A stretch of 64,000 nt of DNA from a virus: positions 30,416 through 94,415 of the IMG/VR virus record IMGVR_UViG_3300008267_000011; one strand, given 5' to 3'. This document shows positions 26,441 to 37,086 of the stretch, one piece after another (positions within the stretch are counted from its first letter, which is position 1; every line of letters begins with the position of its first letter). A program made the translations under genes and the position numbers. The notes beneath the pieces are model-generated. The model was given only the letters and a program-made list of their open reading frames with translations. It did not search any database and was not told the origin of the DNA.

Positions 26441-27109
26441 ATGGAAGAAGTTACGGGCAAGCGTAAGCCAAAGGGCCCAATCAAGTTTCAAGTCACTCTG
26501 ACTGATGAACAGAAGCAAGCAAAAGCAACCATCCTAGACAGCACAATCACAGTGCTAAAGGGATCGGCAGGAAGCGGAAAGTCTATGGTAGCTGCACAAG
26601 TGGCATTAGATTTATTATTCCGTAGAGAAATTCAAAAGATCGTACTAACAAGGCCAGCAGTCACCTCAGGTGAAGAAATTGGATTTTTGCCCGGTGATAA
26701 GGATGCAAAACTAGCTCCATACACTGCTGCAATATATGACAATATGTATCGTCTGTATAAAAAGGATCTTATCGATAAACACATTGCTGAAGGTAACATC
26801 GAAGTGATTCCATTAGCGTTTATGAGAGGTAGAAACTTATCAGACTGCTTAGTTGTAGTTGATGAAGCACAAAATATCACTCACAGACAAATGGAGCTTC
26901 TTTTAGGTCGCTTATGCACTGGAGCTAGAATGATCCTATGCGGAGACGTAGCACAGATTGACTTGAGAGATAAAAAGCAATCTGGATTTGACTTTGTAGT
27001 AAAAAGACTAACAGTCATCCCAGGATTCTCAGTAATTACGCTAAAGACAAACCACAGACACGAAATCGTAGAGCCTATCCTAAATGTTTACAATGAATAT
27101 CGCGATTAA
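26441..27109 (+). CDS. phoH: PhoH-family ATPase
   Basis: GSAGSGKS, LTRPAV, IGFLPG, PLAFMRGR, VDEAQN, GDVAQID and NHRH. Confidence 0.95.
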   Translation: MEEVTGKRKPKGPIKFQVTLTDEQKQAKATILDSTITVLKGSAGSGKSMVAAQVALDLLFRREIQKIVLTRPAVTSGEEIGFLPGDKDAKLAPYTAAIYDNMYRLYKKDLIDKHIAEGNIEVIPLAFMRGRNLSDCLVVVDEAQNITHRQMELLLGRLCTGARMILCGDVAQIDLRDKKQSGFDFVVKRLTVIPGFSVITLKTNHRHEIVEPILNVYNEYRD

Positions 27110-27136
27110 CGTGATATTTATATGAAAACTTAGTGA

Positions 27137-28321
27137 ATGGCAAATATACCTATCTGGCCTGGTTCAAGTTCCTTTGTACTGGCTTCAGCTTCATACTACA
27201 ATACTCCGTCTACTGGTTCTAGACCAACACCATTTGGCTATTACGATAACGATAGTACTTTTAAGACAGATGCAGATAGTGTTGCAACATTCTGCGCAGT
27301 TAAGTTAGGATATCCTATCCTTGAGGTAGAGATGCAAGATCGTAACTTCTGGGCTTGCTTAGAAGAGGCTGTGACAGAGTTTTCTACTCAAGTTAATATG
27401 TACAATGCTAAGGATTATATGCTATCCTTAGTTGGTGCATCAAATCAAACAAACTTGACAGGAAACGTAGTTACTCCAAACCTAGGACGTATAATCGACT
27501 TAGCGCACAACTACGGTAGTGAGGTTGGAAGTGGTGGAGATGTAGATTGGAAGAAGGGCTACATAGACATGGTACCAGGATCACAAAGCTACGATCTAGA
27601 TGTACTATGGGCAAATGTGAGTGAGAGTGGTAATAGAATTGAAGTGAAGCGTGTGTATCACGACTTCTCCCCAGCAATCTCAAGATACTTTGACCCGTAT
27701 GTAGGAACAGGAGCTGGAACTCAGCAATTACTGGATGGCTTTGGTTGGGGATCGTATTCACCTGCAGTAAACTTCTTAGTAATGCCTTTATACGCGGATT
27801 TGCTGCGTATACAAGCGATAGAAATGAACGACCAGATAAGGAAGTCATCTTACACTTTTGAACTGCGTAATAACAAGTTAAATCTGTTTCCAATCCCAAC
27901 TGTAGCAGTTCGAATGTGGTTTGAGTATGTGGTAGTTGAGGATAGAAATAACCCAGTAAAAGTGAGTGGATCAAATTATATCACAGACCTTAGCAATGTT
28001 CCTTACAATAGAATAGAGTACACTAACATTAACCACATTGGAAAGCAATGGATATACAAGTATGCTCAGGCGTGTGCTAAGGAGTTGCAAGGAGTTATCC
28101 GAAGCAAATACTCAACAGTTCCAATCCCAGGAGCCGAAGTAACGCTTAATGGAACTGATTTGATTGCACAAGGCAGAGAGGATAAGACAAACCTACTGAC
28201 AGAGCTTAAGGAATTGCTTCAAGGAATGACAAGACAAGGTCAGTTTGAGCAAGAGCAAGCAGTAGCAACTGCTATGAATTACCAATTAGGAAAAGTACCT
28301 TTACCAATATACATTAAGTAA
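27137..28321 (+). CDS. Neck protein (gp13-like head-tail adaptor)
   Basis: KLGYPILEVE, WIYKYAQA, RSKYSTVPIPG, VTLNG and a C-terminal PLPIY; follows the head genes. Confidence 0.8.
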   Translation: MANIPIWPGSSSFVLASASYYNTPSTGSRPTPFGYYDNDSTFKTDADSVATFCAVKLGYPILEVEMQDRNFWACLEEAVTEFSTQVNMYNAKDYMLSLVGASNQTNLTGNVVTPNLGRIIDLAHNYGSEVGSGGDVDWKKGYIDMVPGSQSYDLDVLWANVSESGNRIEVKRVYHDFSPAISRYFDPYVGTGAGTQQLLDGFGWGSYSPAVNFLVMPLYADLLRIQAIEMNDQIRKSSYTFELRNNKLNLFPIPTVAVRMWFEYVVVEDRNNPVKVSGSNYITDLSNVPYNRIEYTNINHIGKQWIYKYAQACAKELQGVIRSKYSTVPIPGAEVTLNGTDLIAQGREDKTNLLTELKELLQGMTRQGQFEQEQAVATAMNYQLGKVPLPIYIK

Positions 28322-28322
28322 C

Positions 28323-28817
28323 ATGGCATTATTTGGAAGTAGTAGGGATATTAGCTTTATCAAGAAGATAAATAGTGAGTTGATCGACAACGTAATTCAG
28401 CAAGAGGTAGATTACTACGTCTTGTCGCTAAAGGATACGACAAAGAATCTTTACGGAGAAGCATCAGCTGGAAAAACTTACTACGCACCAGTCCGAGTTA
28501 CCTGCTTACTAGAAAGAGGAGATCAGACCTATGTGGCAGATGACCAATTTGGTTCTGATGTAACGCAGCAAATGACCTTCAAATTCCTAAAACCAAAGTT
28601 GAGAGAGCTTAATCTGATACCAGAGGCAGGGGATATTGTTGAGGTTAGAGGAATTTACTACGAGATTGATCAAATCAATGAGAATCAATTTGTTGTAGGT
28701 AAAGATAACGACTATGGAAAGAGTGTAGGGTCTGAGTTTGGTGAAAGTTTGAGTATAGTCGCTATAGGACACCATGCACGAGTTACACGACTTCAAATAG
28801 AAAAAGCTAGACCATGA
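28323..28817 (+). CDS. Neck protein (gp14-like head closure)
   Basis: NLYGE, PEAGDIV and YYEI motifs; follows the gp13-like gene. Confidence 0.7.
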   Translation: MALFGSSRDISFIKKINSELIDNVIQQEVDYYVLSLKDTTKNLYGEASAGKTYYAPVRVTCLLERGDQTYVADDQFGSDVTQQMTFKFLKPKLRELNLIPEAGDIVEVRGIYYEIDQINENQFVVGKDNDYGKSVGSEFGESLSIVAIGHHARVTRLQIEKARP

Positions 28818-29989
28818 GCACTAAATCTAAATCCGCAAACCAAAAAGAAATACTTGCAGGTCAAGATGCGCCAACTTACAATCGAGCCAACGATGTTCGG
28901 ATGGATGATGGGTTGAAAGGTTTGACTATTGGCTTAAAGGATTTAGATTACACAATCAAGTACTACTTTGATGAGGTAATTCGACCAACAATAGATGACT
29001 TTGGGTCAAGACGAGCAGTACCGGTGATATACGGATCTCCTGAAAGATGGAAAAACATTCAAGAGGATGGTTATTTTCGTGATAGAGAGGGAAAGATTCT
29101 AGCACCAATAGTTGCTTACAAGAGAACCGGAGTAGCTAAAAACAGAATGTTGGGTAGTAAGGTTGATGGCAATCACCCACAAGTATACTACACCCAGCAG
29201 ATCAAGTACAATCAAGAAAATAGATACGATCAATTTAGCAGACTAACAAATAGATCACCACTCAAGCGTTATGTTAATACGGTGATGGCTGATTACGTTG
29301 ACATTACATACGAAGTAGTCATTTGGACAGACTTTGTTGATCAGATGAATGAGATAGTGGAAGCAGTATTGTACTCAGAGGGAAGCTTTTGGGGAGAGAA
29401 GGATCGTTTTAAGTTTAGAACTAAGATTGATAGCTTTACAAACACAACAGACGCTTTGCAAGATAATGAGCGTATTGTGAGAACTAACTTCACAATTACT
29501 TTATTTGGTTATATTGTACCTGACGTTACTGTGAAACATTTGAGCGAGAAGCTAGCAGATAATACACTTAGCATAGCGCAAATCAATACGGAAATTGAAA
29601 GTGACGCAATTCTCGAAACGACAACCACATCACAACAACCAGCACAAGCAATAGCAGCGACACCACCGCCAAATAGAGTAACTACAACAGTAGACAATTC
29701 AGTGGTAGTCTACATAGGAACCAACAGAGCATTAAGTGCAAATCCAACAAACACAAACACAGTGGTATTCAACCCAGCGACGTTCTTAGAAGCACCACAT
29801 CCACTATCGGCAACAGACAAGACATCGTTTACGTACTTTATTAATGGGCAACTAATAGAACCAGCTGCAGTGTCTGATTTCGTAGACAACGGAAACGATA
29901 CTTGTACGCTTACAATCGACATAGCGCAATTAGGATTCACACTAGCTACTAGCGATGAGGTAGTTGCAATCGGTAAATTTACAATATAA
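28814..29989 (+). CDS. Tail completion/sheath stabiliser (gp15-like) with C-terminal extension
   Basis: VPVIYGSPERW, DITYEVVIWT and QMNEIVE; an extra Ig-like C-terminal module (YFINGQ...DEVVAIGKF). Confidence 0.7.
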   Translation: MSTKSKSANQKEILAGQDAPTYNRANDVRMDDGLKGLTIGLKDLDYTIKYYFDEVIRPTIDDFGSRRAVPVIYGSPERWKNIQEDGYFRDREGKILAPIVAYKRTGVAKNRMLGSKVDGNHPQVYYTQQIKYNQENRYDQFSRLTNRSPLKRYVNTVMADYVDITYEVVIWTDFVDQMNEIVEAVLYSEGSFWGEKDRFKFRTKIDSFTNTTDALQDNERIVRTNFTITLFGYIVPDVTVKHLSEKLADNTLSIAQINTEIESDAILETTTTSQQPAQAIAATPPPNRVTTTVDNSVVVYIGTNRALSANPTNTNTVVFNPATFLEAPHPLSATDKTSFTYFINGQLIEPAAVSDFVDNGNDTCTLTIDIAQLGFTLATSDEVVAIGKFTI

Positions 29990-30813
29990 TGAGCTTAATA
30001 AGAGGAGTGCAATTAAGAGAGGCAACTGGTAGCTATGCAACTACTGGAAGTAATGTGTTTGTAGGTAATCAAATTGTTACTGGAAGTTTGTTTACAACTG
30101 GATCAAATACGCTAATAGGCTCCACTACACTAACTGGATCATTTAGCGTATCAGGCTCTACCTTACAAACGGGCAACAATACTCTAATTGGAAATACGGT
30201 ATTAAGTGGTAGTATAGAGGTAAGTGGGTCCTCAAACTTCCATAACAGCTCATTCACTGTTACTGGATCAAGTAACTTTTTAGGAAACATCAACTTTGAC
30301 GGCAATGTTAATGTAGTTTATTCATCTTCATTTTATCATTGGGGGAATAAGCTGTTTAACTACGGAGCATTCTCAGACACAACATCTCAATCAGGATCAG
30401 CTAATACGGCTTATCCAATGACATTTAACACTAACGATGTTGTTGGTTATGGTATTAACATAGTATCACAATCTAGAATTACGATTGATCACACAGGACT
30501 ATATAATCTACAATTCTCAGCACAATTAAATAGAGTAGCTAGCTCAGGACATGCTGATGTTTCTATATGGTTACGAGTTACTGGAAGTGATGTTGCAAAT
30601 AGCTGTACTGACGTATCATTAAATGGCAATGCTAGCCAAGCTGCTGTAGTAGCTGCATGGAACTTTGTATTCCCAATGTCCGCAAGTCAGTACTGTGAGT
30701 TGGTATGGAGCACTACAGATCCTAACATAAACATCTCATCTATATCCACACGCACTGACCCAGTACGTCCAGCAGTACCCTCTATAATTTTAACAGTTAC
30801 CCAAGTAGCATAA
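29989..30813 (+). CDS. Short fibre/spike-like structural protein
   Basis: N-terminal 6-residue (T/S)GS periodic repeats and a C-terminal C1q/BclA-like beta domain (TGLYNLQFSAQL). Confidence 0.65.
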   Translation: MSLIRGVQLREATGSYATTGSNVFVGNQIVTGSLFTTGSNTLIGSTTLTGSFSVSGSTLQTGNNTLIGNTVLSGSIEVSGSSNFHNSSFTVTGSSNFLGNINFDGNVNVVYSSSFYHWGNKLFNYGAFSDTTSQSGSANTAYPMTFNTNDVVGYGINIVSQSRITIDHTGLYNLQFSAQLNRVASSGHADVSIWLRVTGSDVANSCTDVSLNGNASQAAVVAAWNFVFPMSASQYCELVWSTTDPNINISSISTRTDPVRPAVPSIILTVTQVA

Positions 30814-31127
30814 TGGCAACAAGAATACCCTTTACCTGGAACAATGCCAACTTTGCTTGGAACAACAATCCTTACCTATGGGAAGATTGTGCTTTAGTAG
30901 AAGAGCTAGCAGCAGCATTAGGAGGGCATGGAACAGCTGGTGTATACAAAGAAGTACAAAAGGTTCTCAAGGATAAGGAAAAGAAAAAGCGGTTTATTAA
31001 ACTCCTATGTAAAGTAAAAGGTGTAGAACACGAAGAACAGAAGGAAATCAAGAACTTCAAGATAGTTATATCAGACGTGGAGTTGGTTGTTAATGAGGTA
31101 ATGAGTAGCGTAAAAATTCTGATATAA
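30813..31127 (+). CDS. Hypothetical virion-region protein
   Basis: 104 aa with Trp-periodic N-terminus (FTWNNANFAWNNNPYLW); TAATG-coupled. Confidence 0.6.
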   Translation: MATRIPFTWNNANFAWNNNPYLWEDCALVEELAAALGGHGTAGVYKEVQKVLKDKEKKKRFIKLLCKVKGVEHEEQKEIKNFKIVISDVELVVNEVMSSVKILI

Positions 31128-31729
31128 TGTACAAACTATTTACAGACAAAGTAGAACTTTTTGAATGCGATGTTAAGCTAGAAGGAGCTTCCTTAAAGAA
31201 TAGCGTAGCGAGAATTGTAATAGAGTCTGAGGATGTTAATCTTCTATTTAATGGAGAGATCACCTCGGAAGGAAAGTGTAAAATTCCTATTAAGAAACTA
31301 AGAGGCCTATTGGGTGAAAACACAAAAGGAACTCTCAAACTGGAAATTATAGCAGAAGACACGTACTTTGTTCCATGGACTTCTGAGTTTGCAGTGCAAG
31401 CAGCTAAGAAGGTAACAGTGGAGATCAAATCACAAGCAGCAACTAAGATAGTTGAAAGTGCAACTCCTGCAGTAAAAGTGACCTCTGTAAAGGGTCAAGT
31501 AAAAGAAAACAAACAACCAATCAAAAATAAACGCGTACCACTGTCGGTTCAAGAGCATATTGTGCGTATAGTGAAGTTATTAGTGCGAGAGGATATAAAG
31601 CTAAGCAATCTAAAGATTAAGAAAGATAGATTGAATAATATCATGGCTGTATATACTCGTAGATGCGCTATAAACGAAAATCAAACTTCACAAATAATTG
31701 AAGGTATATTGAAAAATCTACCAAAGTAA
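31127..31729 (+). CDS. Hypothetical virion-region protein
   Basis: 200-aa ORF with a beta-rich N-terminal half and a basic helical C-terminal half. Confidence 0.6.
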   Translation: MYKLFTDKVELFECDVKLEGASLKNSVARIVIESEDVNLLFNGEITSEGKCKIPIKKLRGLLGENTKGTLKLEIIAEDTYFVPWTSEFAVQAAKKVTVEIKSQAATKIVESATPAVKVTSVKGQVKENKQPIKNKRVPLSVQEHIVRIVKLLVREDIKLSNLKIKKDRLNNIMAVYTRRCAINENQTSQIIEGILKNLPK

Positions 31730-31737
31730 TTTAGGTT

Positions 31738-34700
31738 ATGGCAGGACCTCTAGATTTCACAGGTCAAAATATTGAAGACAGTTATCAACGGGTCTTACAG
31801 ACTGATGGTCTCATCATTACTGATGGAACTGGGTCTTTTGTAAATTTACAATTTACTGGATCATTTTCTGGGTCCCTTGAAGGAACAGCAACAACAGCAT
31901 CTTACGTACAACAAGCTGAATCAGCTAGCTATGTGACAATTAATCAAGGAGACGGTATTACTGTTTCCGGAATGACTATATCGGCTAACTTACGTAGCGT
32001 AAATGGAAACTTGCCTGATGGAAGTGGCAATGTATCTGTGTCCTTAGCAGCAGTGTTGACAGGAACTTCTGCATCACTTGCCTCGTATGCAACTGGTGGA
32101 TTGGCCGAAGGTACTGTTTGGATTGTGTCTGGAGACGCTGCTCCCGAAAAGAATGGAACCTCATACGTCTACGATTCCGGCTCTGTTGGAGTATGGTATC
32201 AAATAGCACCGCTAGATCAAACAGCAGCAGATGCTAGATATGCGAGGATAAACACAACGACAGTTCAAAACCTAACTAGCAGCTTTGCTACGACAGCATC
32301 CTATGCAGCTAATGGAGGTGTTACGCGGATACTAGCCGGTAGTGGAATATCCTTATCGCCAACAAATGGACTAGGAGCTGTAACCATTACAAGCACAGGA
32401 GGAGGCGGTGGAGGAACTTTTCCATTCTCTGGAAGTGCTGTAATTACCGGATCTTTAGTAGTTTCTAGCTCTACCCCAACTATTAACGGGCTTACAATAA
32501 GTCCAATAAAAAACACGACTACAAACATATCGATAGGCCTTGGTGCGCTTCTCACCGTAAGTAGTGGTGTGCGTAACATAGGGATTGGATCCGGATCACT
32601 TCAAGGAGGTAATCAGTCAGACAATGTGGCTATAGGAATATCTGCTATGGCCAACTCTGGAAACACCGGCTACAACGGAGTAGCTATAGGAAGTTACGCG
32701 CTACAAAATGGCACAGGTGCATCAAACACAGTAGTCGGATACTCAGCAATGAGGTATGCAACAAGCTGGGCAAGCTGCTTAGCTGTTGGATTTGAGGCTG
32801 GATTGTACTTAACTGGATCTAATAATACACTACTTGGTGTAGGAGCAGGAAGGACTTTTGTTGGCGATCGAAGTGTGCTTATAGGTGGTGCAGCGGGAGA
32901 ACGTGGAGCCGGATCTTCAACTGGCAACAGAGGTAATGTTGCAATAGGAGCTCTTGCTTTAGCGGGAGATAACGTGTTACCTCCCAGAAGCATAACTGGT
33001 CAGTATAACTTTGCTATGGGATATCGTGCTATGGGCCAAGGTCATAATGGAGCAGGTAACACCGCCATCGGTACAGAAGCCCTATTAGAACTAGCCACGG
33101 GATCATACAACGTCGCTCTAGGATATAGAGCATCACAGGCGCTTGTAAATGGTACCAGTAACTTTTATATGGGCTACGATGCCGGTACTACTAACAGATA
33201 TGGCAATGGTACTATTGCAATAGGAAATAGTGCTGCTAGAGCGTTATTTTACGACCCTGCCTTTCTAGGTGTGAACACTAGAACGATTGCAATCGGAGCT
33301 TCGGCTTTACGAGCAAGTAGTACACTTAACGTATCTGTAGACAATATTGCAATTGGAGAAAGCTCGATGACCCTACACGTATCAGGCTCAGGCAACATTT
33401 CAATTGGAGTAGAATCGCTAAACGCACATACCTCTGGAAGCGGTAACGTGGCAATTGGACACCAAGCCATGAAGAATAGTCCAGTTAGCTCGATAATAGA
33501 AAACAACGTAGCTATAGGACTTACAGCTGGTCAGTATCTCTCCGGAAGCAACAACACAATACTAGGAGCTAATGGTACAAACAATCCTTCCGGAGCATCT
33601 ATAAAGATACTCACAAACGTAGTTGCAGTTGGCGCAAATGCTGGTAGAAGTATTGCAACTCTTTCTCGTGGTAGTGTTGTAATAGGACCAGGAGCTGGAC
33701 CGTCATCAAACACTGTAATCACCGATCGTTTGTTTATAGCCTCTGGATCGGGTAATCCGTTGATAGGAGGAGACTTTGCAAATAAGACTGTAACCATTTC
33801 TGGATCAATCTACATTAGTGGATCAATTATACCAAACGCTGATGCGACGCTAACGTCTTCTTTTGAGCTAGGATCTCCCACAGCAGCATGGAATAGAATT
33901 TGGGTTCGTTCTTCGTCTATCCACTTTGTAGACGACTTAGGAAACGAACTAGCAAAGATATCAGCTAATCCAGCAGGTGCTATTGAGATGCCCAACATCT
34001 ACACCTCTGGAACATTCACAGCCCAGACCTTTGTTACGCAATCAACAACTACAATTATTGAGATTTACCACGCCACCGGCTCAAATATATTTGGATCAAG
34101 TAGTTTAGATACACACCAATTTACCGGTAGCGTTTATATATCAGGAGGATTGGAGCAAGTAGCTGGAACTTCTGCTCTCAGAAACGTGTCGATTAGCAAC
34201 GAACTTAGCACAGCAGGAGATGTCTATCTAACTAACCTCCAAGACTCTAATCAGAGTTATTTAGTATCGATAAACCCAGGAACTGGACAGCTTTACTATA
34301 CAGCCTCAAGTGCTTTCACCCCCATCAACCCAGACTTATCTAACTATGCACTGCTAAACGGAGGAAACACCTTTGCTGGAGGGCAGTTGGTGTACGACGA
34401 GTCGAGTGTAGTATCTATACAGTCAAACCAAACGACTAGACAGCTCTACGATAATAGCGGACTGGCAAGTGTAGATTGGGGAACACGTCGTTTAATTGAC
34501 GACGCAGGATTCGAAGCATTCGACTTTCAGGCTCGACAACTATTTGATCAGACGCAGGTGCCTGTACTTGAGTTAGTTGATAGTAACGCTGTATTTCCAC
34601 AAGGAGTTCGATTGACAGGAGTTGCGATAGACGACACAAACATTGCAAGCTCGGTAGTCATCTTAGACCCAGCAACTGGACAACTCTACACCACTTCATC

Positions 34701-36633
34701 AACAGCTTTTGTAACAAACATAGGAGACGTTACGACCTATCTAGGACCATTAAACGATTTCAGTGCTTCGGTATTAGCATTTACCTCATCCATTCAAACT
34801 CAAGTAAATAATTTAACTTCTGCAACTTCAAGCTACGTGCTAAATAGTGCTACTAGTTCAATGTCGGTATTAAGTAGCTCATATGCCTTAACTGCGTCGT
34901 ATGCTCTAAACGTTCCTACCGTAGACACATCAGCATTAGTAGGCACTGCATCATTCAACTCATTCACTAGCTCAATACAAAGTCAAGTAGATAATTTAAC
35001 ATCCGCTACTTCTAGCTATGTGTTGAATAGTGCTACTGGATCTATGTTAGCTCCATACGTATTGAGTAGTGCAACGGCGTCAATGCTTAGCCCCTACGTA
35101 CTAACTTCTAGTACAAGTTCAATGAGCGTACTAAGTAGTTCGTACTCGTTAACGTCATCCTACACAAGCGCTACTTTGCAGACTATAACAGATAACGATA
35201 CCACATCATCACATGATATAAGCGTCAATAGCATAGGCGTGTACGACGGAGCAAACTCAGGATACACGAAAATCGAAGGCACTGACGGAGGGGTAGTTAT
35301 CAGCACTGCAACTGCTCAACCGCTTCTTACTATACAGCAGGATAATATAACACTTTACGATGCGTCTGGTAACTATGCTTCTTTGCAAAATGCACTATTA
35401 ACTGGAAATCGTAGCTACAATCTACCTGATCAATCGGGAACTATTGCATTAGTGTCAGGCTCAATATACGGAACAGCTAGTTGGGCCATCAACGCTCAGA
35501 CAGCCAGCAACGTGACTCAGCTTAATCAAGATGTAACCATTGTTGGTAACTTGAATGTGATTGGAACAGCCTCATACAACTACATAACAGCATCTCAACT
35601 AGATGTAGGGACTAATTTTATATCAGTCAACATTGGTGAGCCTGCTGAGAGGTTTGGAGGGTTGAAGGTTTATGATTCAGGATCATTATCGCACCAAGCA
35701 ACTGCAAGTCTTGCCTGGGACTCTTTAAACAACCATTGGATTTACCAAAATGCATCAGGATCGATGTATTCCGGTGGTATGCTTCTTTCAGGTCCTCGCA
35801 ACACCGGTTCTTTAGGAGATGAGCCTAGCTTAACAAAGTGGTTTATTCCAAGATCAGATGGAGGAGATCATTTAGACAACTCGCGAATATACAGCAGCGC
35901 TTCTATCCATATAGCCACAGGAAGCTTTACAGCTACCTCATTTACTGGATCAATTCGCGGTCACGTTACTACAAGTAGCATAGACACCACGCAATACGTT
36001 CTAAAAAATAGCAGCGGAGTTAATGCAATCAACTGGGAAACTGGAACTATAGGACACCCCGACACAAGATCAATCGATTGGATAAATCGATATCTAATTG
36101 ACGGCAGCGACATCGCAGTTGTCGATTGGTTTAGTAAGCAGCTGTACGATGTGTGGGGTAGTATTGCTTTGGATTGGTCAGTAGACAGAGCTTTCAATGC
36201 CTCTTACAAGTACCATCAGCAGATTACCGATCTTGACAGACAAGAAGAGCTATCAGCAGCGCCGTTGCAATACTCTGGACACAATATCGCAGGAGGAGGC
36301 CCAATCACGACCGGCCAGCTATGTTATTTGGAGACTGATGGTAAATGGTACGACGTTGATCAAACGACAGACACCTCTACAAAAATGCTAGGAATTGCAG
36401 TAGCTGGTAAAGAGGTCGTACTAGAGGGAGACGTTGTTTTGGATAATATACAAGGAGCTAACTATGGATTGCCTGTCTATATTAGAGAGGGTACTAGTGC
36501 TGGAGACCTATCAACAACCATTCCAACATCGGGGTACGTAAGAGTGATAGGACATTGCTACTACGACAACGCAGGTACACCTGGTCAATGGATACTGAAA
36601 CTTAGACCTTCAAACGATTGGTATAGAATATGA
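31738..36633 (+). CDS. Long fibre protein with YadA-head-like N(V/T)AIG beta-roll repeats
   Basis: 1631 aa; many N-x-A-I-G repeats (about 32520-33700), Ser/Thr-rich repeats, DW-x-x-R-x-L repeats, and a distinct C-terminal domain (MLGIA...YVRVIGHC). Confidence 0.75.
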   Translation: MAGPLDFTGQNIEDSYQRVLQTDGLIITDGTGSFVNLQFTGSFSGSLEGTATTASYVQQAESASYVTINQGDGITVSGMTISANLRSVNGNLPDGSGNVSVSLAAVLTGTSASLASYATGGLAEGTVWIVSGDAAPEKNGTSYVYDSGSVGVWYQIAPLDQTAADARYARINTTTVQNLTSSFATTASYAANGGVTRILAGSGISLSPTNGLGAVTITSTGGGGGGTFPFSGSAVITGSLVVSSSTPTINGLTISPIKNTTTNISIGLGALLTVSSGVRNIGIGSGSLQGGNQSDNVAIGISAMANSGNTGYNGVAIGSYALQNGTGASNTVVGYSAMRYATSWASCLAVGFEAGLYLTGSNNTLLGVGAGRTFVGDRSVLIGGAAGERGAGSSTGNRGNVAIGALALAGDNVLPPRSITGQYNFAMGYRAMGQGHNGAGNTAIGTEALLELATGSYNVALGYRASQALVNGTSNFYMGYDAGTTNRYGNGTIAIGNSAARALFYDPAFLGVNTRTIAIGASALRASSTLNVSVDNIAIGESSMTLHVSGSGNISIGVESLNAHTSGSGNVAIGHQAMKNSPVSSIIENNVAIGLTAGQYLSGSNNTILGANGTNNPSGASIKILTNVVAVGANAGRSIATLSRGSVVIGPGAGPSSNTVITDRLFIASGSGNPLIGGDFANKTVTISGSIYISGSIIPNADATLTSSFELGSPTAAWNRIWVRSSSIHFVDDLGNELAKISANPAGAIEMPNIYTSGTFTAQTFVTQSTTTIIEIYHATGSNIFGSSSLDTHQFTGSVYISGGLEQVAGTSALRNVSISNELSTAGDVYLTNLQDSNQSYLVSINPGTGQLYYTASSAFTPINPDLSNYALLNGGNTFAGGQLVYDESSVVSIQSNQTTRQLYDNSGLASVDWGTRRLIDDAGFEAFDFQARQLFDQTQVPVLELVDSNAVFPQGVRLTGVAIDDTNIASSVVILDPATGQLYTTSSTAFVTNIGDVTTYLGPLNDFSASVLAFTSSIQTQVNNLTSATSSYVLNSATSSMSVLSSSYALTASYALNVPTVDTSALVGTASFNSFTSSIQSQVDNLTSATSSYVLNSATGSMLAPYVLSSATASMLSPYVLTSSTSSMSVLSSSYSLTSSYTSATLQTITDNDTTSSHDISVNSIGVYDGANSGYTKIEGTDGGVVISTATAQPLLTIQQDNITLYDASGNYASLQNALLTGNRSYNLPDQSGTIALVSGSIYGTASWAINAQTASNVTQLNQDVTIVGNLNVIGTASYNYITASQLDVGTNFISVNIGEPAERFGGLKVYDSGSLSHQATASLAWDSLNNHWIYQNASGSMYSGGMLLSGPRNTGSLGDEPSLTKWFIPRSDGGDHLDNSRIYSSASIHIATGSFTATSFTGSIRGHVTTSSIDTTQYVLKNSSGVNAINWETGTIGHPDTRSIDWINRYLIDGSDIAVVDWFSKQLYDVWGSIALDWSVDRAFNASYKYHQQITDLDRQEELSAAPLQYSGHNIAGGGPITTGQLCYLETDGKWYDVDQTTDTSTKMLGIAVAGKEVVLEGDVVLDNIQGANYGLPVYIREGTSAGDLSTTIPTSGYVRVIGHCYYDNAGTPGQWILKLRPSNDWYRI
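34780..35163 (+). repeat. Internal coding duplication in the fibre gene
   Basis: FTSSIQTQVNNLTSATSSYVLNSATSSMSVLSSSY (from 34780) recurs as FTSSIQSQVDNLTSATSSYVLNSATGSM... (from 34963), followed by shorter YVLxSxTxSM units. Confidence 0.8.
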
Positions 36634-37082
36634 GCAACATAACGCAAATAAATGGATTAGAGATAACAGCTGCAACTGCTAGCTACATTGATCCAACGTT
36701 CATCTCAGCATCAGCTGCTGCAAGTGGCTTTGGATCCGGAGGAGGATCAAGTACTGCAGCAACAGCGTCGTTAGCATTAACAGTATCGCAATCACAAGCT
36801 GGTAGTGGTAGCAGTGGCAATGGAACACATCGAGTAGCGCTACTAGACCCAGGATCAGGTGGATCTCAAGTAGACTCGCCAATATACTACGACCATAATG
36901 GAATAACATATAACACACTCACAAACACCTTAACGGTTGGTGGTCCTATAACAGCTAGCTCTGGTTTATATGGAACAGCTAGTTGGGCTGTAACAGCATC
37001 ATACGCTCTATCAAGTCCAGGAGGTGGAGGTGGAGGATTGACATTTCAACAAACGCAAATGATAGCATTTTTAGGTTCATAA
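36630..37082 (+). CDS. Small Ser/Gly-rich fibre-associated protein
   Basis: Shares the GTASWA and TASY motifs with the long fibre; 17 nt identical at 35470-35486 and 36972-36988. Confidence 0.6.
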   Translation: MSNITQINGLEITAATASYIDPTFISASAAASGFGSGGGSSTAATASLALTVSQSQAGSGSSGNGTHRVALLDPGSGGSQVDSPIYYDHNGITYNTLTNTLTVGGPITASSGLYGTASWAVTASYALSSPGGGGGGLTFQQTQMIAFLGS

Positions 37083-37086
37083 AGTT

